64,000 nt of DNA, taken from contig CAVSQW010000008.1 of NCBI GenBank assembly GCA_963730185.1, forward strand, positions 192,001 through 256,000. Reading direction: 5' to 3'. The notes under the pieces are model-generated. The model saw nothing but the letters and a program-made list of their open reading frames with translations. It was not told where the DNA came from and ran no database searches. Positions 1 through 10,400 of the stretch are shown one piece after another. Position numbers and translations under genes: made by a program. This stretch comes from an uncultured Gemmatimonadales bacterium. Its GTDB lineage: Bacteria > Gemmatimonadota > Gemmatimonadetes > Gemmatimonadales > GWC2-71-9. Position 1 is the first letter of the stretch, and every line of letters begins with the position of its first letter.

Positions 1-174
1 GACCTCGATCGGTGGCATCTGGTGCAGGACGTGGTCGATCGGCTGCCGCAGCTGGGGGCCAAGAGCGGGTACGTGAAGCAAATGGTGCACGACAAGCTCA
101 TCGAGCACACCCGGTACATCGCCGCCCACGGCCAGGATATGCCCGAGATCCGGAACTGGAAGTGGCCCGGCTGA
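1..174 (+). CDS. xfp: Phosphoketolase family protein, C-terminal end (partial)
   Basis: Frame +1 translated by hand: [57 protein letters not shown]. This matches the typical XFP C-terminus. Confidence 0.88.
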   Translation, partial: DLDRWHLVQDVVDRLPQLGAKSGYVKQMVHDKLIEHTRYIAAHGQDMPEIRNWKWPG

Positions 175-187
175 CCCGGCGCGCCCC

Positions 188-1483
188 GTGAGCTTTTTCG
201 CCCTGGTGAGCCTGCTGATCGCCCTGGCCGCCGTCTCCAGCTACATCAACGACCGGTTCATCAAGCTCCCCACGACAGTCGGCGTCATGCTGGTGTCCCT
301 GTTGGGGTCGCTCACCCTGGTGCTGGTGGGCCCCTTGGCCGGAGGATTCCGGGAACGGGCGGTGACGCTGGTCGGCAGCATCGACTTCAACCAGGTCGTG
401 CTGCACGGCATGCTGGCCTTCCTGATCTTTGCCGGCGCCATCCACGTGAAGCTCGAGGCGCTGGGGCGGGAATGGGCGGCCGTCTCCTTGCTTGCCGTGG
501 TTGGGACGCTCACCTCCACGTTCATCGTTGGTGGGGCGACCTGGGTGGTGCTCGGCTGGCTGGGCCTGGACGTCCCGTTCCTGCAGGCGCTCCTCTTTGG
601 CGCCCTGATCTCGCCCACCGACCCGATCGCGGTGCTGGCCATCATGAGATCGGTGGGCGTGGCCCGGCAGCTCGAGGTGCAGGCGGCCGGCGAGTCGCTG
701 TTCAACGATGGTCTGGGCGTCGTGGTGTTCGTGTTGATTCTGGATCTCGCCGGGCTGGGCCAAAGCGCGGGTCACGGCGGCTCGGCGGCGCTCACCCTGA
801 GCGTCGGGCGGGTGGCGGCGCTGCTCCTTACCGAGCTGGGTGGGGCCCTGCTGCTCGGGTTGGCCGCGGGGGTCCTCGCCTATCAGATGCTCCGACGGGT
901 CGACAACTATCAGGTCGAGGTGCTGCTGACGCTGGCGCTGGCCATGGGCGTCTACGCCCTCGCGGACGGGTTGGGACTGTCGGCCCCGATTGCCGTCGTG
1001 GTCGCGGGACTGCTGGTGGGCAACCGGGGCCGGCTGTTCGCCATGAGCGACAAGACCCGGGAGCACGTCGACACCTTCTGGGAGCTGGTCGACGAGATCG
1101 TCAACGTGGTCCTCTTCCTCCTGATCGGGCTGGAGTTGCTGGTGCTCCCGATCGAGGGGAGGTGGTTGGTGGCGGGGGGGCTCGCGATCCCGATCGTGGT
1201 CGGGGCGCGGTGGCTCAGCGTCGCGGGCATCATCGGCCCGCTCCGCCGGATCCGCCCCCAGTCGAAGGGAGCCATTCGGATTCTCACCTGGGGCGGGCTG
1301 CGGGGCGGCATCTCGGTGGCCATGGCGCTCTCCGTGCCGCCCAACCCGTCCCGGAGTCTGGTCCTGACCCTCACCTACGTCGTCGTGGTGTTTTCGATCC
1401 TGGTTCAGGGGGTGACCATGCGCCAGGTGATCCGGCTGAGTGGCGGGTCAGAGGCACCCTCTCAGGATCCGTCCACTGCGTGA
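188..1483 (+). CDS. nhaP: Na+/H+ antiporter, CPA1/NhaP family
   Basis: 431 aa, about 12 TM segments, motifs LISPTDPIAV, GESLFNDG and WGGLRGGIS. Confidence 0.93.
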   Translation: MSFFALVSLLIALAAVSSYINDRFIKLPTTVGVMLVSLLGSLTLVLVGPLAGGFRERAVTLVGSIDFNQVVLHGMLAFLIFAGAIHVKLEALGREWAAVSLLAVVGTLTSTFIVGGATWVVLGWLGLDVPFLQALLFGALISPTDPIAVLAIMRSVGVARQLEVQAAGESLFNDGLGVVVFVLILDLAGLGQSAGHGGSAALTLSVGRVAALLLTELGGALLLGLAAGVLAYQMLRRVDNYQVEVLLTLALAMGVYALADGLGLSAPIAVVVAGLLVGNRGRLFAMSDKTREHVDTFWELVDEIVNVVLFLLIGLELLVLPIEGRWLVAGGLAIPIVVGARWLSVAGIIGPLRRIRPQSKGAIRILTWGGLRGGISVAMALSVPPNPSRSLVLTLTYVVVVFSILVQGVTMRQVIRLSGGSEAPSQDPSTA

Positions 1484-1585
1484 TGACCCGGTCCCGCGGG
1501 CGGGCCACCGCCGAACCCGGCGCGCCCGCGGCCGGGGTGTGCCCGCCCAGCCGGGTACAAGGCTCCCTCTCGAGCCGGCTCCGGA

Positions 1586-1735
1586 TCAGCTGACCTGGCG
1601 CCGTTGGAAGAAGTGCCACACGATCGAGATGAGCGCCACCACCAGGAGGAGATGGATGAGCCCTCCCGCCACGTGAAACATGCCGAACCCGAGTACCCAA
1701 CCCACGATGAGAATGACCGCCAAAGCGAGCAACAT
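1586..1735 (-). CDS. Small membrane protein, lmo0937/DUF5670-like (49 aa; below ORF-track cutoff)
   Basis: MLLALAVILIVGWVLGFGMFHVAGGLIHLLLVVALISIVWHFFQRRQVS*. Has the GGLIHLLL signature and an AAAGGA RBS upstream. Confidence 0.85.
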   Translation of the reverse strand: MLLALAVILIVGWVLGFGMFHVAGGLIHLLLVVALISIVWHFFQRRQVS

Positions 1736-1762
1736 TGCTAGATCCTTTCGGAGGGAGTCTGA

Positions 1763-2299
1763 TCACCGCGTCGGCGGCGCGAGATTGCCGCAGGCGACGA
1801 TGGTCTCGGGATTGGCCTCCGACGCGCGGATGACGACGAAGAAGTCGCCGGTGCGGGGGGTCTGCATTTCCACCGTGGCCGTCCCGGTGGCGTGACCGTC
1901 GGACTCGACCTGGAGCGGCTGGTAGGCCTCACTCGGTCCAAAGACGCCGCGGTCCATCCCGTCCCCGCACTGGCCATAGTGCGCTTCCCAGGGATGGAGG
2001 CCGCCCGGTGACGCGTTGGCCAGGCTCAGGGCGATGTCGGTGCTGGTGCCATCCGGGCTCGGCGCCATCGATGCCGAGCCGTTCATCTGCACGACGCCCG
2101 CGAGACTCGCGGGGGAGGCCAGATTGGCGTGCCAGCGGCTGTTGAGGGTGAGGTCCTGGGTGCTGACCTCGACAGCCGGGTTATGGTGAAACGGGTTGCA
2201 TCCCGCCAACGCCAGCGTGGCGATGGTCCCGGCCACGGCCCGGCGTATAGAGGTTCCCCGCCGGGCCGGGAGACCGGGGTGTCGATCGGTGGATTGCAT
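1763..2299 (-). CDS. Lipoprotein with Cu/Zn-SOD-like (or CHRD-like) fold, metal ligands degenerate
   Basis: Lipobox LALAGC. GLHPWEAHYGQCG and IVACGNL resemble SOD GxHGFHxH..C and RIACGVI. Start taken at ATG 2299. Confidence 0.65.
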   Translation of the reverse strand: MQSTDRHPGLPARRGTSIRRAVAGTIATLALAGCNPFHHNPAVEVSTQDLTLNSRWHANLASPASLAGVVQMNGSASMAPSPDGTSTDIALSLANASPGGLHPWEAHYGQCGDGMDRGVFGPSEAYQPLQVESDGHATGTATVEMQTPRTGDFFVVIRASEANPETIVACGNLAPPTR

Positions 2300-2411
2300 G
2301 AGAGTCGTCTCTTCCGAAAAGCGCGCCAGTGCGGTTGCCGAGCCTCGACGTCCCACTGGCCGTGAGCGGCGAGCCGAACGTGAATGGTAGCCTGCCGCCC
2401 CATTCGGTTGA

Positions 2412-2451
2412 ATCGCTCGTTGGGCTGGATTGGGCTCGCTCGGAAGGACTA
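2412..2451. promoter_or_regulatory. Putative transcription-factor site, copy 1 (ATCGCTCGTTGGGCTGG ... TCGGAAGGACTA)
   Basis: 16/17-nt identity with 15930-15946, plus a shared TCGGA(A)GGACTA block. Both copies lie upstream of minus-strand genes. Confidence 0.5.
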
Positions 2452-2509
2452 CCGGACGGGTCCCCGTCCGCCGGCGGGTGCGACTACGGCGTGCCCCCCA
2501 CGACCCGCT

Positions 2510-2827
2510 TCACCCGCTGACCGGGTCGAACCTGGTCGGTCGGGTCGATCCGTTGATGAGCTCGCCGGCCTCCGCCGGCCGTAGGCGATAGCCTGGAGCT
2601 TTCACGACCAGGTGAGTCGGACGGTCCGGGGCCGGCTCGAACGCCGGATCCGTGCCGGTGAACCAGCGCACGGCCTGCTCGACGATGGGCCGGTCGGCGG
2701 TCGGGATCAGCGCTTGGATCGGCGCCTTCCAGTCCCGAGAGTCTCTGACCCGGTCGAAGGCCGAGGCCAACTGATCCATGCGATACCCGGTCGAGCCTTT
2801 GGGATCATACTCCACCGATGCCCCCAT
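2510..2827 (-). CDS. Hypothetical protein (105 aa)
   Basis: ATG start with GGAGG upstream. Globular composition (AFDRVRDSRDWKAPI...KAPGYR). Co-oriented with its neighbours. Confidence 0.6.
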   Translation of the reverse strand: MGASVEYDPKGSTGYRMDQLASAFDRVRDSRDWKAPIQALIPTADRPIVEQAVRWFTGTDPAFEPAPDRPTHLVVKAPGYRLRPAEAGELINGSTRPTRFDPVSG

Positions 2828-2971
2828 TGCCGCGCCTCCAGCTCGGACACGATTCTCGCTTCCCCCGACCTGCGAAATTAGGGGCGGCGTCGGCGGCAGC
2901 CAATCGATCGATCGAGTGAGTTTGGAGCTAGTTCCGGGAGGAGTGCCGAGAAGGCGGGCCGTCGACGGGGG

Positions 2972-3679
2972 TTAGGATTCCCTCCGCCCATGGGAAAAGG
3001 CGGCCACCTCGAGGCGACTGTGGAGCGCCAGCTTTTCGAGCACGTTGTGGACGTGACTCTTGACGGTGTGGACCGCGATATGCATCCGCTTCGCGATCTC
3101 CTTGTTGCTCAGCCCCTCGGCCAGCAGGTCGACGACCTGCCGTTCCCGAGCGGTCAGCCGGTTGGCCTCGGCTAAGGATGTCTTGAGGGCGGGGAGATTT
3201 CGAGTGATCTGGGCGAAGAGCGAATTGGTGAGCGCCTGGGGCAGGACCTCGCCGCCGGCCGCCACGATCCGGATGGTCTCGATGAAGCCTTCGAAGGATG
3301 CATCCTTCATGACGAACCCGGAGGCCCCCGCCCGGACGTAGTCGGCGACGTCTTCCTGCATGGGCATCAGCCCCATGACGATGATCCTGGCGTCGGGAAC
3401 CTCGCCGTGGATCGTCGCCGTCAGACCCAGGCTGTCATGGTTCTCGAGACCGAAATCCAGGAGCACGACGTCCGGTTTGGACTCCCGGACCTTCTCGAGC
3501 GCTTCGTCGACGTCGGCCGAGGCCGCCAGCACCGTGAAGCCCGGCTGGGTGCGGATCAAGGCCGTGATGCCTTCCCGGAGGAGCCGATTGTCGTCGATCA
3601 GAACCAGCGCAATCGGCCGGACCTGGTCGACCTGCTTCGGCTTGGCCGAAGTCCCCGGACGCTTCGCCTTCCGGGTCAT
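2972..3679 (-). CDS. NarL/LuxR-family response regulator (REC + LuxR HTH)
   Basis: LIDDN...VVLLD receiver and LTARERQVVDLLAEGLSNKEIA..TVKSHVHNVLEKL HTH. Confidence 0.93.
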   Translation of the reverse strand: MTRKAKRPGTSAKPKQVDQVRPIALVLIDDNRLLREGITALIRTQPGFTVLAASADVDEALEKVRESKPDVVLLDFGLENHDSLGLTATIHGEVPDARIIVMGLMPMQEDVADYVRAGASGFVMKDASFEGFIETIRIVAAGGEVLPQALTNSLFAQITRNLPALKTSLAEANRLTARERQVVDLLAEGLSNKEIAKRMHIAVHTVKSHVHNVLEKLALHSRLEVAAFSHGRRES

Positions 3680-3864
3680 GCCGCGATGGCCCGAACGCCG
3701 TTGGCGGCGGGGTCGATGGGAGGTGGGAGAGCCGGCGTCGAACGTCGAATCATTGGGCGCATCCTCAAGAGGGCGAGCCGGAGGCGTCCATCGCAACCAC
3801 CGCGTCTAACTCCAGGTCGGTAGGAACTGCTCGATTTTGCAATAGGTTCTTCGACGCTCTGAGC

Positions 3865-3883
3865 ATATATTCCAGGAGTATGT
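3865..3883. promoter_or_regulatory. AT-rich imperfect palindrome, possible operator upstream of the XRE gene
   Basis: ATATATTCC-A-GGAGTATGT (7/9 inverted match) in the divergent narL-like/XRE intergenic region. Confidence 0.3.
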
Positions 3884-3931
3884 ACCGCAAGGCTCGATCC
3901 TAGGGTCACGCGGTCGAGTGAAGGCCTCCCG

Positions 3932-4162
3932 ATGGTACGGCTCCGGATCCACGAGATCATGAAGGCGCGAAGGATCTCCGCCTACGCGCTGAGCCAGGCG
4001 ACGACGCTCAGCTACCCCTCCGCCTACCGCCTGTCGCGCGCCGGTGGTGCGTTTGGCCGGCTGCACGCTGAAACGCTCGACGCCCTCTGTGGCTTCTTCC
4101 GCGCGCAGCCCGGCGAGCTGCTCGAGTGGGTTCCCTCGCCCAACGGCGGACGGTCACGGTGA
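3932..4162 (+). CDS. Cro/C1-type (XRE) HTH transcriptional regulator
   Basis: 76 aa: LRIHEIMKARRISAYALS...TLDALCGFFRAQPGELLEW. Confidence 0.85.
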   Translation: MVRLRIHEIMKARRISAYALSQATTLSYPSAYRLSRAGGAFGRLHAETLDALCGFFRAQPGELLEWVPSPNGGRSR

Positions 4163-4197
4163 GCCCCTCCGAGGCGCCGGGCCCGAGGGCGAATCCA

Positions 4198-4458
4198 ATG
4201 CAGCCGCTTCATTGTGGCACCTGCGGCGGGGTCATTGGGGATTCGCCCAACGTCTCGTATCGGCTGCCCCGCTCCGGCGAGGCCGACCCGCCCCCTTCGG
4301 GGAAGCCGTGTCGCTGCGTCACCCCGATCGTCTACGGTCCACCGGCAGGCTTTGCCTCGATTCCGAGCATGCGGAGCCAGCCGCGCCCGTTGGACGGCGC
4401 TCCGCGACCCGGGTCGACCGGACCCCAGCCGACCTGGAGAGATCGGACCGGGCGCTAG
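4198..4458 (+). CDS. Small hypothetical protein with CxxC...CxC (possible zinc ribbon)
   Basis: MQPLHCGTCGG...KPCRC..PIVYGPP. Its stop codon abuts the start of the glucan synthase. Confidence 0.5.
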   Translation: MQPLHCGTCGGVIGDSPNVSYRLPRSGEADPPPSGKPCRCVTPIVYGPPAGFASIPSMRSQPRPLDGAPRPGSTGPQPTWRDRTGR

Positions 4459-7400
4459 TTGCGGTTGGGTCTGCTGTCGCGCCTGTTCACGCGGTCGTCC
4501 CACCCTCGCGAGGAAATTGCCGGCCCGATTCGCGGTGAGCTCCTGGGTGCCGAGCATCTCGGCGACCGGGCCCGGGCCCTGGCGAGCACGGAGCGCCTGG
4601 CGCCGCCCGGCGCCTCCCGGCGACGGATCCCGCTGCTCCGACGGCTCGACCAGACCCGCCGCATCCTGGACCGGGCGTACGCCCGGCTGACCGCCAGTGC
4701 CGCGCTCGGCGGTGACGTCAGCCCCGCCGGGGACTGGCTGCTCGACAACTTCCACGTCATCGAAGATCACATCCGCGAGGTGCGCGCCAGCCTTCCGCCG
4801 GGCTACTACCGGGAGTTGCCGGAGCTGAGCCGGGGGCCGCTGGCGGGGTATCCCCGCGTCTACGAGCTGGCGATTACCCTGATCTCCCACACCGAGGGAC
4901 GAATCGACCTCGAGAACGTGACCCGGTTCGTGGGCGAGTTCCAGCGGGTCGCGCCGTTATCGATGGGTGAGCTTTGGGCGGTGCCCGCGATGTTGCGCCT
5001 CGGCTTGATCGAGAGCGTTCGGCGGATGGCGCTCAGGGTGGTGGGGCGGTTGGACGAAGCGGGACTCGCCCAGCTCTGGGCGGCCCGCTTTCGGACCGGC
5101 CGGGCGGCCGACGGGGGTTCTCCCGGGCCGGTCGTCGCCGCGTTCGGCCGGGACCACCCGCCCCTCACCCCGACCTTCGTGAGCCGGCTGCTCCAGCTGC
5201 TCCATGCCGACTCGGGCGACGTGCCCGGCCTCGACTGGCTCGAACAGTGGTTGGCTCTGGAGGGGCTCACCGCCGAGAGCGCGGCGGCCCAGGCGATTCA
5301 GCGCCTGGCGCTCACCCAGCAGATGATGACCAACAGCATCACCAGTCTCCGGGCGGTGGCCCGCATGGACTGGCGCACCTTCGTGGAGGGCCAAAGCCGG
5401 ACCGAGGCCGCCCTCCGGACCGACCCGTCCGGATCCTATGCCCGGATGACGTTTGCGACCCGGGACTGGTATCGACACGTCGTCGAGCGGATCGCCAAGC
5501 GAAGCGGATCGGCCGAGGACGCCGTCGCCCGGGCCGCGGTCGATCTCGCCCGGGCCGCCTTCGCCGCCGCCCCCGATAGCCGTCGGGCCCACGTCGGCTA
5601 CTACCTGGTAGACGAGGGTCTGGCGACGCTGGAAGCCTCGGTCGGGTATCGGTCGACGCCGGGCGAGGCCATTGCCCGGTTGGTCCGCCGTCATCCGAAC
5701 GGGTTGTTCGTGGGCGGCGTGGTGGCCGGGACCGGGCTGGCCGTCGTCGCCCTGTTCGGCCTGGCGGGCGTCGGTGCCCGTCCAGCGGCCCTGCTGGTCG
5801 TCGTCTTCGCGCTCCTCCCGGCCAACGACATTGCGGTCCGGGTGATGAACCAGCTGATCACGGCGATCCTGCCGCCCCGGATGCTGCCGAAGCTCGACCT
5901 GCATGAAGCCGGGGTGCCACCGGAGCTTCGGACCGCCGTCGTCATTCCCACCCTGCTCCCCGACCTCGATGCGGTCCAGGAGGCATTGGAAACGCTCGAA
6001 GTCCGCTTCCTCGCCAACCACGAAGCGCACCTCCACTTCGCGCTCCTGAGCGATTTCACCGACTCGGCGACCGAGACCCGGGCCGACGACGCGGCGATCG
6101 TGGCCGCGGCCCGGGACGGCGTAAGGCCCTGAACGCCCGCTACGCGCCCGAGACCGACGACGCCTTCTACCTGTTCCATCGCCCCCGGCGGTGGAACCCC
6201 AGGGAGGGGGTGTGGATGGGCTGGGAGCGGAAGCGAGGAAAGCTGGCGGAGTTCAACCGCTTCGTCCGCGGGGCCGCCCAGGAGGCATTCTCGGTCGTGG
6301 TCGGCAACGTCGCGGCCCTTCGCGGCCTCCGGTACGTCATCACCCTCGACGCCGACACGGTGCTGCCGCCCGATGCCGCCCCCGACCTGATCGGCGCGAT
6401 CGCCCATCCGCTCAACCGGGCCGAATTCGATCCGGCCCGGGGTCGGGTGGTCCGCGGCTACGGCATTCTGCAGCCCCGGGTCGGGGTCTCGCTGCCGAGC
6501 GCCTCGCGGTCGCGGTTTGCCGCGATCTTTTCGGGACGCCCGGGGGTGGATCCCTACACGACCGCCGTGTCGGACGTGTACCAGGATCTGTACGGCGAGG
6601 GGAGCTTCACCGGCAAAGGGATCTACGACCTCGACGCGTTCGAGGAGGCGACCCACGGTCGCTTCCCGGAGAATCGGCTCCTCTCCCACGATCTGATCGA
6701 AGGCAACTACGCCCGCACCGGACTGGTCACCGACGTCAACCTCTACGACGACTATCCGACCAGCTATGGCACCTATACCAGCCGAAGGCATCGCTGGATC
6801 CGGGGCGATTGGCAGCTCCTCCAGTGGCTGACGCCGACCGTACCGGGGCCGGACGGTCCGGAGCCGAATCGGCTGTCGGTGCTCTCTCGCTGGAAGATCC
6901 TGGACAATCTTCGCCGGAGCACGGTCGAGCTGGCCCAGCTCGCCCTGTTGGTCGCGGGCTGGACACTGCTCCCCGGCTCCCCGCTCCGGTGGACCCTCCT
7001 TGGCCTCGGCGCCATCGCCGCCCCGTGGGTCGTGGCTCAGCTGATCGCGGCGGTCCGGGTGCCGCTCCGCCAGTCGTGGCGAGCCTACCTCGGAGCGGTC
7101 GGGCTCGACGCGGTTCGGAGCGCGGCCCAGCTGGGGCTGGGCGTCGTCTTCCTCCCCCATCAGGCCTGGGTCTCGGCCGACGCGATCATCCGCACGCTCT
7201 GGCGGCTGGCCGTTTCCCGACGACACCTCCTGGAGTGGCAGAGCGCCTCGACGGCAGAGCGGGTTACGGCCTCCCGTCCCCGGGTCGGCTGGCGCTCCCT
7301 GGGACCGTCGCTGGCGATGGTGGCCGGCGTCGGCGCGCTGGTCGCGGTCCGGGGGGCCCGGTCCGCCGACCCCAAGCTCATGTGGGCGTTGGCGGCCTGC

Positions 7401-10400
7401 GCCGGCCCTCTGCTCGTGGCCTGGCTGTCGTCGCCCTTCGTGGCTGCCGCGCTCAGCGCGCCGGCGGTCCGGCCTGACCGCCGCCTGCCCGCGGCCGGCC
7501 GCCGCCAGATCCTCCGGTACGGGCTCCTTCATTGGCGCTTCTTCGAGCGGTTCGTCGGTCCGGAGACCAACTGGCTCGCACCCGACAACTTTCAGGAAGA
7601 CCCCGCGCCGGTCACGGCCATGCGGACCTCGCCCACCAACATCGGCCTGCAGCTGTTGGCGACGGTCAGTGCGCACGACCTCGGCTTCCTGACCCTGGAG
7701 GGCCTGATCGTCCGGCTGGAGCGGATCTTCGGTTCGCTCGAGCGGATGGCGCGGTTCCGAGGCCACTTCTACAACTGGTACGATCTCGCCGATCTCTCGG
7801 TGCTCCAGCCGGCGTACGTGTCGACGGTGGACAGCGGGAATCTCGCCGGTCACTTGATTGCCCTGCGGCAGGCCTGTCTGACCATACCGGACCAGCCGGC
7901 CGGACCGGGTCGAACGGTCCGGGCAGTGGCCGCCGGGCTCGGCCTCGCCGACACCCGTCTCGACGCACTCGCCCCGTCGGCGTCGACCCGGCCGGTGGCG
8001 GTCCGCCGTGCGCTGGCCGCGGCGGGCGCCGAGCTGGGCCGGGCGCGCCGGGCCTTGCGGTCGGCCGGGGATGACGCGGAGGCCCGGGCGCTGCTGGCCG
8101 GCCTGGAGGCCCCGCTCAGAGCGGTGCTGGCGCTGATCGGCGACGCCCGCCTCTCGGTCGAGGAAGCGGAGCCGGCCCGAGAATGGATCGCCTGGAGCCT
8201 CGAGATCGTGGCGGAGGCGGTGCACTCGGGAGAAGCCCCCCCGAGCTCGCTGCGGGACCGGTCAGCGGGGTCGGAGGCCGCGCGGAATCTGGTCGCCCGC
8301 CTCGAGGCGATCGCCCGCCGCGCCTACCGGTACGCGATGGAGATGGAATTTGGATTCCTGCTCGATCCGGAACGCAAGCTCCTCGCGATCGGCTACCAAC
8401 TGGCCAGCCACTCGCTCGACCCGTCGTCCTACGATCTGCTCGCGTCCGAGGCCCGGCTGGCGAGCTTCGTCGCGATCGCGAAGAACGACGTGCCGGTCGA
8501 CCACTGGTTCCGGCTCGGCCGGACGCTCACCTATGCGGCGGGCGGCCCGGCGATGGTGTCGTGGAGCGGAAGCATGTTCGAGTACCTGATGCCCGCGCTG
8601 GTGATGCAGTCCTTCCCGTTTACGCTGCTGGATCAGACCCATCGGGGGGCGGTCCGCCGCCAGATCGCCTACGGCGCGGCCAGGGGCGTGCCGTGGGGCA
8701 TGAGCGAGAGCGCCTACAACGTGCGCGATCGGCACGGCACCTACCAGTACCGGGCCTTCGGTGTTCCCGATCTCGCGCTCAAGCGAGGCCTCGACCGCGA
8801 CCTGGTGGTCGCTCCATACGCTTCGGCGCTGGCGGCGCTGGTCGACCCGGAAAAGGCCCTCCGTAACCTGACCGCGATCGAGCGGCTCTCCACCCTGGGG
8901 CCGTTCGGGTTTCACGACGCCCTCGACTACACCCGCCCCGAACCGGAGTCGGATCGTGCCGTGGTGCGTAACTACATGGCGCATCACATCGGGATGAGCC
9001 TGGTGGCATTCACCAACGTGCTGACCGCGCAGGTCTGGCAACGCCGGTTTCACGCGGATCCCTTGGTCCGGTCGGTGGAGCTCCTTCTCCACGAGCGAAT
9101 TCCCCGGCGGTTGATCCTCCGCCCGGCCCGGGCATCGACGATCGGGGAGGGCCGCGCCGAGATGCCCTTCGACGGCCCCGCGGTGCGGGAGCTGGAGACG
9201 CCCGATTGTGCCGAGCCCCAGGTGGCCCTCCTCGGGCGCCCGCCGTTCACCCTGATGGTGAGTCATTGCGGAGGTGGGTACAGTCGGTACCAGCACCTTG
9301 CCATCGCGCGATGGCGCTCCGACGGAACCCGGGATGACACCGGGCAGTTCTGCTACGTCAAGGATCTGAGCCGGGGCCGGGTCTGGTCGGCGAGCCATCA
9401 GCCGGTCTGCGCGCCCGCCGACTGGTACCGGGCCACCCTGGCGGCCGACCGGGTGACCTTTCATCGCGCCGACGGTGATATCGAAACCCGGACCGAGATC
9501 GCCGTGGTGCCCGACGAGTCGGCCGAGGTGCGGCGGGTGACTCTCACGAACAACGGGACCCGGGCCCGCCAGCTCGAGCTGACCAGCTACGGTGAGATCG
9601 TGCTCGCGCCGCCGGACACGGACCGGGCCCACCCGGCCTTCAGCAACTTGTTCGTCGAGACCGAGTGGCACGCCTGGTGTACGGCGATCACCGCGATCCG
9701 GCGACCCCGGTCGCCGGACGATCCCGTGGTCTGGTGCGTTCACGTCGTCGATACCGGGAAGGGCAGGGTCGGGCCGGTCTCGTTCGAGACGGACCGGGGT
9801 CGGTTTCAGGGGCGGGGCCGGACGGCCCGCGATCCCGTAGCCTTGGAGGTCGACGGCGACCTGGCCGGCGCGACCGGCGCCGTATTGGACCCGATCTTCG
9901 CCCTCCGAACCCGGGTCGGCCTCGGTCCGGGCCAATCGGCGGCCGTGACCTATACTACGCTGATCGCCACCAGCCGCGAGCGGGCCTTCGAGCTGGCCGG
10001 CCGGTACCACGATCCCCACGCGGCGCAGCGGGCGCTCGACCTGGCGGCGACGTCGAGTCAGGTGGAGCTCCGCGAGTTGGGCCTCACCCCGGCCGACGCG
10101 ACGGTGTTCCAGGAGCTGGCCGGCCCGCTCATCTTCGGCAACCCGATGGCGCGGGCGCCCGAAGCCGAGCTCCGGCTGAACCGAGGCTCGCAACCCCAGC
10201 TCTGGGCCCACGGGATCTCGGGCGACTGGCCGATCGTGCTCGCCACCATCAGCGATAGTCAAGGCCTCCCGACCCTTCGCCAGGTCCTCGCCGCCCACCG
10301 GTACTGGCGTCGTCGCGGCATGGTGGTCGACCTGGTCGTGCTCAACGCGCACCCCACGACCTACCAGGCCGAGCTCGAGGCCGAGATCACCGCCACGGTC

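Noticed and set aside
1487..1538. GC-rich inverted repeat after nhaP
   Set aside because: It may be a terminator between convergent genes, but it has no U-tract and such stems are common at this GC content.
6110..6135. Programmed ribosomal frameshift in cgs
   Set aside because: No slippery heptamer, and similar indels are scattered through unrelated genes.
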